A stretch of DNA of 64,000 nucleotides from positions 31,262-95,261 of the forward strand of contig JAFGQZ010000060.1 in assembly GCA_016935435.1 (NCBI GenBank), given 5' to 3'. The translations under genes were made by a program, and so were the position numbers. The notes under the pieces were generated by a model. That model saw nothing but the letters and a program-made list of their open reading frames with translations. It had not been told where the DNA came from and did no database searches. Positions 51,201 to 61,600 of this stretch are shown piece by piece (position 1 is the first letter of the stretch; each line of letters opens with the position of its first letter). The DNA comes from Bacteroidales bacterium. GTDB taxonomy: Bacteria > Bacteroidota > Bacteroidia > Bacteroidales > UBA10428.

Positions 51201-54200
51201 ATGAAAAAAATACTAACTGCCAAGGATTTAAATGCCTCTAAGGAGGAATTTGCCCCACGGGTTGCCCGGCCGGGAAACGATATACGCGAAAAAATTCTGG
51301 TGTGTACCGGTGGGGGTTGTATTGCCGGTGGATCGCTCGAAATTAAAAAACGTTTCGAAGAAGAACTTAAAAATAAAAACCTCGATAAAACGGTTAAAGT
51401 TATCGGCACCGGGTGCCTGGGGCCCTGCTCAAAAGGCCCTGTGGTTATTATGGCCAAAGAAAGGGTTTTTTATCACGATGTAAAGCCCGATGATGTGGCA
51501 GAAATTGTTCTGAGCCACATTGTTGAAGGTACAATAGTTGAAAGGCTGGTTTATAAAGACGACAGCGACAAAAAGCCCCTTCCACTGGAAAAAGACATTA
51601 AATTTTTTAAAAGGCAAACCAAGGTTGTGTTGCGCAATTGCGGGAATATCGATCCATACAGCATCGAAGATTATATTGCTGTAGGGGGGTATCAGGCTTT
51701 GGCCATGGTTATTACCAAAATGACTGCCGACGATGTAATAACCGAAATGGAAAAATCGGGGCTCAGGGGCAGGGGAGGAGCTGGTTTTCCTACGTTTATG
51801 AAATGGAAACTGGCAAAAAACAATCCATCGGAACAAAAATATATTTTGTGCAATGCCGACGAGGGCGACCCGGGTGCATACATGGACCGCAGCATTCTCG
51901 AAGGCGATCCCCACAGCATAATCGAAGGAATGGCCATTGGCGCTTATGCCATTGGCGCTTCGCTGGGCTATGTTTATGTCAGGGCCGAATACCCGCTTGC
52001 TGTCGAACGTTTGCAACATGCAATAAATAATGCCCGTGAAGCCGGCTTGCTCGGAAAAAATATTTTAAGCTCAGGTTTTTCTTTCGATTTAGAAATACGC
52101 ATGGGCTCAGGGGCTTTTGTTTGTGGCGAAGAAACAGCATTGATAGCCTCAATAGAGGGAAAACGCGGCGAACCCAGGCCCCGGCCGCCTTTTCCTGCGC
52201 AGTCGGGCTTATGGGGCAAGCCTACGGTGCTAAATAATGTTGAAACTTTTGCCAATGTTTCGGCCATTATGCTTAATGGAGGAAACTGGTACGCTTCTAT
52301 GGGCACCGAAAAAAGCAGAGGCACTAAAATATTTGCCTTGGCAGGGGCAATTGCAAATTCTGGTTTATTTGAAGTGCCTGTTGGTACAACCTTAGGCGAC
52401 TTAATATACGATATTGGTGGAGGCACAAGCAGCGGAAAGCCTTTTAAGGCAGCACAAATTGGCGGACCTTCAGGTGGGTGCATTCCCAGGCAACACCTCA
52501 ATGTGCCGCTCGACTATGAATCGCTCAACGAACTGGGCGCCATTATGGGTTCTGGGGGTCTTATTGTTATGGATGAAGATTCGTGTATGGTGGATGTGGC
52601 AAAATTTTTCCTCGAATTTGTACAGGAAGAATCATGTGGCAAATGTACCCCTTGCCGTGTCGGGACAAAACGCATGTACGAAATTCTCGAACGCATTACA
52701 ACCGGGAAAGGCAAGGAAGGCGATATCGAAAAGCTGATAGACTTAGGTCAATATATCAAAAAAACGGCCCTATGTGGGCTTGGCCAGTCAGCGCCAAATC
52801 CGGTGCTTTCAACCATAAGGTATTTCAGGCATGAGTACGAAGCACATATCAAAGAATACAAGTGCGAAGCTGGAGTTTGTTCCGATTTGGTTCGTGCTCC
52901 TTGTCAAAGTGCATGCCCTGCCGGGGTCGATGTTCCCGGCTTTGTGTCGCTGGTGGGCGAAAAGCGCTATGCCGAGGCATTGAAATTGCACCGCGAGCGC
53001 AACCCTTTTGCAGCAGTATGTGCCCGGGTTTGTTTCCACACCTGCGAAGATAAATGCCGCCGTTCTACAATTGATGAGCCGGTTTCTATTCGCGGTACTA
53101 AACGTTTTATGGTCGATCAGGAAATAACTGTTCAACTGCCCGAGATAAAAGAAAATGCAGCAAATGCCTCGAAGAAAATTGCCATTGTCGGCGCAGGCCC
53201 TGCCGGCTTGTCGTGTGCGTATTTTCTGGCACGTTTGGGTTATAAGCCAAAAGTATTTGAGGCGGAATTCCGTCCGGGGGGCATGTTGGTGCAAACAATA
53301 CCTGCATACCGGCTTCCCAGGGAAATTTTGGCTCGCGAGATACGTATGATCGAGAACATGGGGGTCGATATTGAAACAGGTAAGAAGCTGGGAACCGACT
53401 TTACCCTGTCATCTTTAAAGGATGAGGGGTACGATGCAGTTTTTCTGGGCGTTGGTGCCCCCAAGGGTCTGAAACCCAATATTCCCGGAATCGATACGGA
53501 CGGAGTTGTTGATGCGCTTCAGTTTCTTCAAACCTATAACCTGCGTGGTTCTGTTCCGGTTAAAAAGAAAATAATTGTTGTAGGCGGGGGCAACGCGGCC
53601 ATCGATGCTGCACGGACAGCAATTCGGCTTGGCGCCGAAGAAGTTCGGGTAGTGTATCGCCGTACGCAGGAAGAAATGCCTGCCTGGGCCGAAGAAATCG
53701 ACGCCGCCATTGAAGAAGGCATATTGCTCCACACCCTTACAAACCCTGTCGAAATTATCAGTAAAAATGGAATAGTATCGGCCGTAAAATGTACTGCCAT
53801 GAAATTGGGCGATTTCGACAAGAGTGGCCGAAGGGCTCCTGTAACAGGTGATGAAACGTTTGTTTTCAATGCCGATCAAATAATTTTAGCCACTGGGCAA
53901 ACATTAGATTGTTCGGTAATTTTTAACGGTATTGCCCTAGAAACAAAAGATAATAATAAAATTAAATGCAATCCGGTTTCAGGGCAGACATCGGTGCCCT
54001 GGATATTTACCGGGGGCGATGCAGCTACCGGCCCTTCGTCGGTTATACAAGCTGTGGCTGGCGGAGAGGCTGCTGCTGTTGGCATAGATGAATTTCTTAC
54101 CGGCGAAAAGCATGCCTTCTGGCGCGAACATAAAAAGGTTGATACGTTCTTCGACCCGGATGACGAACCGGCACCATTCCCACGTAAGAACATGACACTT

Positions 54201-54314
54201 CTTTCGGTCGAACGGCGCAAAGTAAACTTCGACGAGGTTGAACAGGTTTGGGCAGAAGGCGAAGCTGTACGCCAGGCAAAGCGTTGCCTGCGCTGCGATT
54301 ACGGAAAATGTTAA
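51201..54314 (+). CDS. hydB: NuoF/HydB-like FMN/[Fe-S] subunit fused to a GltD/NfnB-like NAD(P)H:FAD oxidoreductase
   Basis: 1037 aa. N-terminal [2Fe-2S] fold (VCTGGGC...GTGCLGPC). NuoF core (GLRGRGGAGFPT, CNADEGDPGAYMDR, ESCGKCTPCRVG). From about aa 555, GltD-type motifs: CQSACPAG...NPFAAVCARVCFHTCEDKC, IAIVGAGPAGLSCAYFLARLG and VVGGGNAAIDAARTA. Confidence 0.9.
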   Translation: MKKILTAKDLNASKEEFAPRVARPGNDIREKILVCTGGGCIAGGSLEIKKRFEEELKNKNLDKTVKVIGTGCLGPCSKGPVVIMAKERVFYHDVKPDDVAEIVLSHIVEGTIVERLVYKDDSDKKPLPLEKDIKFFKRQTKVVLRNCGNIDPYSIEDYIAVGGYQALAMVITKMTADDVITEMEKSGLRGRGGAGFPTFMKWKLAKNNPSEQKYILCNADEGDPGAYMDRSILEGDPHSIIEGMAIGAYAIGASLGYVYVRAEYPLAVERLQHAINNAREAGLLGKNILSSGFSFDLEIRMGSGAFVCGEETALIASIEGKRGEPRPRPPFPAQSGLWGKPTVLNNVETFANVSAIMLNGGNWYASMGTEKSRGTKIFALAGAIANSGLFEVPVGTTLGDLIYDIGGGTSSGKPFKAAQIGGPSGGCIPRQHLNVPLDYESLNELGAIMGSGGLIVMDEDSCMVDVAKFFLEFVQEESCGKCTPCRVGTKRMYEILERITTGKGKEGDIEKLIDLGQYIKKTALCGLGQSAPNPVLSTIRYFRHEYEAHIKEYKCEAGVCSDLVRAPCQSACPAGVDVPGFVSLVGEKRYAEALKLHRERNPFAAVCARVCFHTCEDKCRRSTIDEPVSIRGTKRFMVDQEITVQLPEIKENAANASKKIAIVGAGPAGLSCAYFLARLGYKPKVFEAEFRPGGMLVQTIPAYRLPREILAREIRMIENMGVDIETGKKLGTDFTLSSLKDEGYDAVFLGVGAPKGLKPNIPGIDTDGVVDALQFLQTYNLRGSVPVKKKIIVVGGGNAAIDAARTAIRLGAEEVRVVYRRTQEEMPAWAEEIDAAIEEGILLHTLTNPVEIISKNGIVSAVKCTAMKLGDFDKSGRRAPVTGDETFVFNADQIILATGQTLDCSVIFNGIALETKDNNKIKCNPVSGQTSVPWIFTGGDAATGPSSVIQAVAGGEAAAVGIDEFLTGEKHAFWREHKKVDTFFDPDDEPAPFPRKNMTLLSVERRKVNFDEVEQVWAEGEAVRQAKRCLRCDYGKC

Positions 54315-54344
54315 CAGGGCGATAATGTTTAAAATACAATTATA

Positions 54345-56114
54345 ATGAGCACAATTTCAGTAACAATAAATAATATAAAAGTTGATGTTGAAAGCGGTAG
54401 TACCATACTCGATGCTGCAAAAAAAGCCGGGGTAAAAATACCAACGCTTTGCCATGTCGAATCGCAAATTCCTAAAGGTGCATGCCGTGTTTGTATGGTC
54501 GAGGTCGAAGGCGCCCGCAGCCTGGTTGCTGGTTGTACTACACCAGCTACAAATGGTATGGTAGTGAAAACCAATACCAAAAATGTGCGCGATGCACGCA
54601 AATTTGTTTTGGAACTACTGCTCTCTGAGCATTGCGGCGATTGCAAAACCTGTGAACGCAACAACGATTGCGAACTCCAGGCACTTGCCCGAGAAATGGG
54701 CATTTCGCAGGTAACCTACGAGGGCGATTGCCTGGTTTCGGTTATTGACGATTCGACGCCGGCACTGGTGCGCGACAGCGGAAAATGCATTAAATGCCGG
54801 CGGTGTGTCACTGTCTGTAACGAAGTGCAGGAAGTTGGTTCCTTATTTCCTCAGGGAAGAGGTTTCGAATCGAATATTGGGCCTGCATTTGATCAACACC
54901 TGGCAGAAGTGCCTTGTGTACAATGCGGACAGTGTTCTGCAATTTGCCCGGTTGGGGCAATTATTGAAAAAAGCCATATCGAAGGAGTATGGGCTGCACT
55001 TGATAACCCCGATAAGTTTGTAGTTGTGCAGACAGCGCCGGCAATACGTGCTGCTCTTGGCGAATGTTTCGATTATGAGCCTGGCACCCTGGTTACCGGT
55101 AAAATGGTTACTGCCCTTCGCCAGCTTGGGTTCGACAGGGTTTTCGACACCAATTTCACTGCCGACCTTACCATTATGGAAGAGGGCACAGAGTTGCTGG
55201 TGCGCCTGAAAAAAGCCCTTGTCGATAAAGAAAAAGTTGCCCTTCCCCAATTTACCAGTTGTTCGCCTGGCTGGATAAATTATGCCGAATATTTCTATCC
55301 CGAAATACTCGACAATATATCTTCGTGTAAATCGCCCCAGCAAATGTTTGGTGCGGTAGCAAAAACATACTATGCAAATAAAGTTGGCAAAAAGCCCGAA
55401 GATATTATAGTTGTTTCTGTAATGCCCTGTACCGCAAAGAAATTCGAGGCACAGCGCCCCGAAATGAACAGCAGCGGGGTTTGCGATGTCGATTATGTTT
55501 TAACTACCCGCGAATTGGGAAAGATGATAAAACAAGCCGGTATCGATTTTAAAAACCTGCCCGAAGGTAAAATGGACTCGCCATTGGGCCAGAGTTCGGG
55601 CGCTGCCGATATTTTTGCCAATACCGGCGGTGTAATGGAAGCCGCCATCCGCACAGCATACGAAATTGTTACAGGCCGTGAATTGCCTCTTGAAGGTTTA
55701 CATATTCAACCTATTATGGGGCTCGAAGGTGTAAAAAGGGCTTCATTGAAAATCGAAGGTACAAAACCTGAATGGAGTTTCCTCGAAGGGGTTGAACTAA
55801 AGGTTGGCGTGGCACATGGATTAGGTAATGCACGCAGAATAATAGAAATGATGCAATCGGGCGAGGTATTTCATTTTATTGAAGTTATGACCTGCCCCGG
55901 CGGGTGCATTGGAGGTGGCGGACAGCCCCGCTTTACTACCGATGAAGTGAGGAAAAAACGTATCGAGGCAATTTATAAAGAAGATGAGGGTAAAAAACTC
56001 CGGAAATCGCACGAGAACCCCGAAATATTGCAGATTTACGAAGAGTTCCTGAAAGAACCTCTGAGCCATTTGTCGCATAAATTGCTGCACACACATTACG
56101 TTTCGAAGAATTAA
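54345..56114 (+). CDS. hydA: [FeFe]-hydrogenase catalytic subunit (M3 architecture, group A-like)
   Basis: 589 aa. N-terminal [2Fe-2S]; His-ligated [4Fe-4S] (HCGDCKTCERNNDC); two ferredoxin-type clusters (CIKCRRCVTVC, CVQCGQCSAICP). H-cluster motifs: L1 FTSCSPGW, L2 MPCTAKKFE, L3 EVMTCPGGCIGGGGQP. Confidence 0.93.
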   Translation: MSTISVTINNIKVDVESGSTILDAAKKAGVKIPTLCHVESQIPKGACRVCMVEVEGARSLVAGCTTPATNGMVVKTNTKNVRDARKFVLELLLSEHCGDCKTCERNNDCELQALAREMGISQVTYEGDCLVSVIDDSTPALVRDSGKCIKCRRCVTVCNEVQEVGSLFPQGRGFESNIGPAFDQHLAEVPCVQCGQCSAICPVGAIIEKSHIEGVWAALDNPDKFVVVQTAPAIRAALGECFDYEPGTLVTGKMVTALRQLGFDRVFDTNFTADLTIMEEGTELLVRLKKALVDKEKVALPQFTSCSPGWINYAEYFYPEILDNISSCKSPQQMFGAVAKTYYANKVGKKPEDIIVVSVMPCTAKKFEAQRPEMNSSGVCDVDYVLTTRELGKMIKQAGIDFKNLPEGKMDSPLGQSSGAADIFANTGGVMEAAIRTAYEIVTGRELPLEGLHIQPIMGLEGVKRASLKIEGTKPEWSFLEGVELKVGVAHGLGNARRIIEMMQSGEVFHFIEVMTCPGGCIGGGGQPRFTTDEVRKKRIEAIYKEDEGKKLRKSHENPEILQIYEEFLKEPLSHLSHKLLHTHYVSKN

Positions 56115-56133
56115 ACGGGAGCCTTGCTGCCGG

Positions 56134-56883
56134 CTAAAAATTAAGGGTTAAAAATGAGGCTCCATTTTTATTTTGAGCTGCTGACAATACCATTTCGCGC
56201 ATGTTTCTGTGAAATTGCCGTATTATTTTAGTGTGGTAATAGGGGTAAAAAAATGTGTCGCGCAAACCCGAATTGCTTTTAAAATAGCTTAAATGGCTTA
56301 TTTGGGTTGTTCCGTTGCCATTGTCGATAAAATGCAACACTTGTTTTCCTTGCGATTTGTTGCCATCGATATAACTGAATTCAATTATTTTTTCATCAGC
56401 ATCGACCCGAATTATTTCAAAAGCAACTGGTACGTTAAACAAACCTTTCATGAGTTTCAGGTCGAGAAAATAAACCTGCCCGGTATCGATTTCTGAAAAG
56501 TTTACACAATCGGTATATACAACAGAATTTGTTGGTTTTAGAATAAGCAGGGCAAATTTCACAAACCGGCCGTTCCAGCTTTTTGCCGGACTGGCAACTT
56601 TGTAGCACTCCCAAACATGGTTTATTTCATCGTTGAGGTAAAAAATTTTTTCGTGGGTACAAAAACCAGTTGGATCTATTGTATCGTTCCAGCTCGATTT
56701 AATTGCGGAGTAGTTTTCCAGCTTGTTTATTTCTTTATCGGCTATATACCTGCGCACTTTTTTGTGTGGTATTTGCTGCAGGTCAATTGTTTGTTTGCTT
56801 ATGGTTTGGGCAAAGGCATATAAGGGGCAAAGTAAAAAACACAACAGCACTGCTTTCCATAAGGTATTGTAAACTTTCATCAA
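56134..56883 (-). CDS. Hypothetical secreted protein
   Basis: 249 aa. Signal peptide (LLCFLLCPLYAFAQ). No recognisable motif. Confidence 0.6.
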   Translation of the reverse strand: MMKVYNTLWKAVLLCFLLCPLYAFAQTISKQTIDLQQIPHKKVRRYIADKEINKLENYSAIKSSWNDTIDPTGFCTHEKIFYLNDEINHVWECYKVASPAKSWNGRFVKFALLILKPTNSVVYTDCVNFSEIDTGQVYFLDLKLMKGLFNVPVAFEIIRVDADEKIIEFSYIDGNKSQGKQVLHFIDNGNGTTQISHLSYFKSNSGLRDTFFYPYYHTKIIRQFHRNMREMVLSAAQNKNGASFLTLNF

Positions 56884-56973
56884 AAAACAGGGGTTTGTTT
56901 AACTTTAAAAATTATTAAGAATGAATATACTGTTTTTATTCCCAAAAACAGAAAATTTTTAATGGAATACCAC

Positions 56974-57077
56974 AAAAGTTAAAAGTATAATGAAAAGAAA
57001 ACAGTGAACAGTGAATTTGGTTTTTTTATTAATTCAACGTTTTCTTCATTCTTAATAATTTTCATTCTTTTTCTTTG
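56974..57077. repeat. Degenerate composite simple-sequence element, inverted orientation
   Basis: AAAAGTTAAAAGT (56974-56986), CAGTGAACAGTGAA (57002-57015, reverse complement of CTGTTCA units), and TTCATTC at 57045-57051 and 57061-57067 (reverse complement of GAATGAA). Module order mirrors 39797-39948. Confidence 0.75.
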
Positions 57078-57107
57078 TATTCTGCCCTGTATTAAAACCT
57101 CAGGTTA

Positions 57108-58409
<1,302 letters not shown>

Positions 58410-58679
58410 TTAAGTTGTTTATTTGATCATTTATAGTTTCGAAGAAATACAAATCCTATATGTTAAATAGGTTACAAAATTATGTATTTATTTCAATCTC
58501 ACAAATATTTTTTTTATAAATATTTAGCACTTCATATCCCGTCACGGGTTGCTATTTCAGTGTGAAGTTAAGCATTTTACCAGTTTCAAAAATGGACACT
58601 GCTAAAAAATGCATTTGTATAACATCTTGTTAATAAGATAAAAAACTATTCAAGCCATTTTTAATGTATTTTTGGAAGC

Positions 58680-61600
58680 GTGAAAAAAACTGTCAAATTT
58701 TTAATTATACTCATTCTTTACCTGGTTGAACTGACAACGGGAAGTTTTGCTGATGCCTCTGCACAAACTTGTTCCGGAGGGGTTTTAATTGCCGAAGATT
58801 CTTCCAGATGTGAAAATGAACCCACATTGCTTACTTTAACAGGCTCTAATGGCACCCATACCTGGCTTTATAGGATTGCCGGCTCCACAGATTGGGATGT
58901 TTTAAGCCCAGAGCAAAATACATTTATGTACGTACTGCCCGAAACCGAGCGGGAATATACTGTATTATCAACTGGTAGCGGGGGGTGCTCGGAATATTCA
59001 AGTATCGTAACCCTTAGGGTAAGTAGTTTTGTCCAAATGCCCAACCCGGGTGCTTATTCCGATGCTTGTGGTAACAATATTGCGCTGTATGCATATTCAC
59101 CTACAGGCGGGTTGACCGGATATTGGTCAGCTGTGTCGGGGCCGGGAGAAATAGTTTTTTATCCCGATGCCTACAGAATCAACCCTGATAGTGCTATAGC
59201 AAGTGAATATGGTACATACCAGATTGCTTGGAATATTACCGATGGAATATGCACCAAAGACACAATTATTGAGGTAGATGTTTTAGAAATACCTGTGGCC
59301 AATGCAGGGCCAAATTTCGATGCATGCGGTAGAACCTTTAATATGAACGCAATACAAAGTGTTGCCGGTTCTACTGGCGAGTGGGTCAAAGTTTCGCCAC
59401 CCAGCGGTGTTTTTAATTTTATAAATAACACTAACCCGCAAACAGAGGTTAACGCTAACCCAGGCACTTACCAAATTCGCTGGATTGAAAGAAATGGTTT
59501 TTGCCAGGATGATACAATTATACAAGTCAGGGTAGCCGATCAACCTAAAGCAGATGCTGGTGCAGGCTCCAGTGTTTGTGGGTTGGGATCGTTTGTTTCT
59601 GCAATTCCAAGTATCGGGTTGGGTAATTGGCAATTGCTTTCGGCACCTGGTTCAATAACTTATGGTGGAAATAATTCAAACTTGCCTGAAAATAACCTGG
59701 TTGCATCGGATTATGGCGAAAACTATATTTTGCAGTGGAAAGAGATTAACGGTTTTTGTTCCGACTCCGATACTATTGTTATCAACTTTTACGAACAGCC
59801 GGTTGTCACTGCTATTGACCCCGACGATGCCTGCGGATTGACAACTTTGCTGACAGCTTATACATCTACGGCTTCAAACTCTGTAATAAGGAACTGGTCG
59901 CAAACTAATGGCCCCGGGGGCATTGAAACTATTGAGCCGCTAAACGATTCGGTTGCACGGGTTTCCCTAAAGCCTGGTTTTTATGGTAGCTACTCTTTTC
60001 AATATACCGAAACCAATGGCATTTGTTCCGACAGCACCGAGGTTGCCCTTACATTCTTTGAGCAACCTGCTGCCAATGCCGGCAGTGATATGGATACCTG
60101 TGGTTTGGGCGCACAAATGAATGCTATAACAAGTGTTGCCGGAAGCACAACGCTATGGGCTGTTGACGGCGATGGTACGGCTGTAACTTTTTCCGATTCA
60201 ACATCTGAAAACTCTGCCGTAAGTTCATTGGAGCCTTCGGTTTACAGGTTCGTATGGGCCGAAACCAATGGTGTTTGTTCATCGTCCGATACGGTTGTGG
60301 TGGAATTTATTCAGGTGCCCAGGGCAAATGCCGGTTTGCCCGACAGAATATGCGGTAAGCAATATATGCTTAACGCCGTGCGCGATATTGCCGGCAGCAG
60401 TTTAAGCTGGAAAAACTTAGGCACACCCGGCGAAATTGTGTTTTCCGACAGCACACTGCCCAATTCAGGCATTACTGCTGCAAGTTACCATGCTTATCCG
60501 CTTGAGCTTACAGAAACTTATCGCTCTTGTTATTCTTCCGATACAATAACCATACAGTTTATCGAAACTCCTTTGGCAAATGCTGGAATTGATATTGAAA
60601 CCTGCGGGCTGGAGCTTAATTTGTCGGCATCGCGAAGCATTGCTGGAAGCAGCATACAATGGCTTGCCCCAACAGCTTCAGGGCTTGGGTTTACCAACCC
60701 TTCTTCGGTGAACACCGATGTTAATTCCGAAACGTATGATGCATTCAATATTTTTTTAGTTGAAACAAATGTATTTTGCTCCGACACCGATACGGTTGTT
60801 GTCGATTTTATTGAAATACCTGCACCCAGTGCAGGAGTTTCAGACAGTATATGCGGGTTGAACTACAGTTTGAATGCTAACGGCAGCATTGAAGGTAGCT
60901 TTCTTTCATGGTTAAGCCCGGCTGGCATTACTATTTCTGAGAATACCGATCCTAAAGCCGAAGCTGTAGCTGAAGTTTACGGATTGTACAGGGTTGTTCT
61001 TGAAGAAACAAACCGTATCTGTTCCTCGTCCGATACTATAGAAATTTTATTTATTAAAGTTCCCATAGCCAATGCTGGTCAGCCCGATAGTATATGCGGA
61101 CTGGAATATACTTTACAGGCAAAAAAAGAATTTCCTGGTTCAAACGGAACCTGGTATGAAATAGCCAGTCCAAACGATATTCCAATAACTGCCAACGAAA
61201 CTGCTTTAGCAAAAGTGGGTTCGCCGGGCATACATTATTTCAAATGGACCGAGACCAATATTGTTTGTTCTGCTTCCGATACAGTTTCGATAGATTTTAT
61301 TGAAATACCCATAGCAAACGCCGGCCTGCCAGACAGTGCCTGCGGGTTTGAATATACCCTTAATGCCTCTCGGAGTGTTGAAAACTCAACCGGGCAATGG
61401 GCGCTGGTTTCGGAAACCGGTACAACGGTTATTTCAACCAATTTCTCAACACCGGCCATAGTGGGGGCAGCAGGGGTTTACAATTACCAGTGGACTGAAA
61501 TAAACCGGATTTGCCCCGATACCTCTTATACAAGCATAACTTACTTTGTTCAGCCTAAAGCTGAAATAATCAACGCCAACGATGCCTGCGCAAGGGAACA

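Noticed and set aside
51429-52501. Antisense ORFs of 196 aa and 175 aa within hydB, plus many similar 60-160-aa ORFs across 51-56 kb
   Set aside because: Shadow ORFs in a GC-richer, strongly motif-supported coding region. None has a motif or independent support.
40764-56114. Functional link between NikR and the hydrogenase operon
   Set aside because: The hydrogenase is of the [FeFe] type (H-cluster motifs L1-L3) and needs no nickel. The genes are 10 kb apart on opposite strands.
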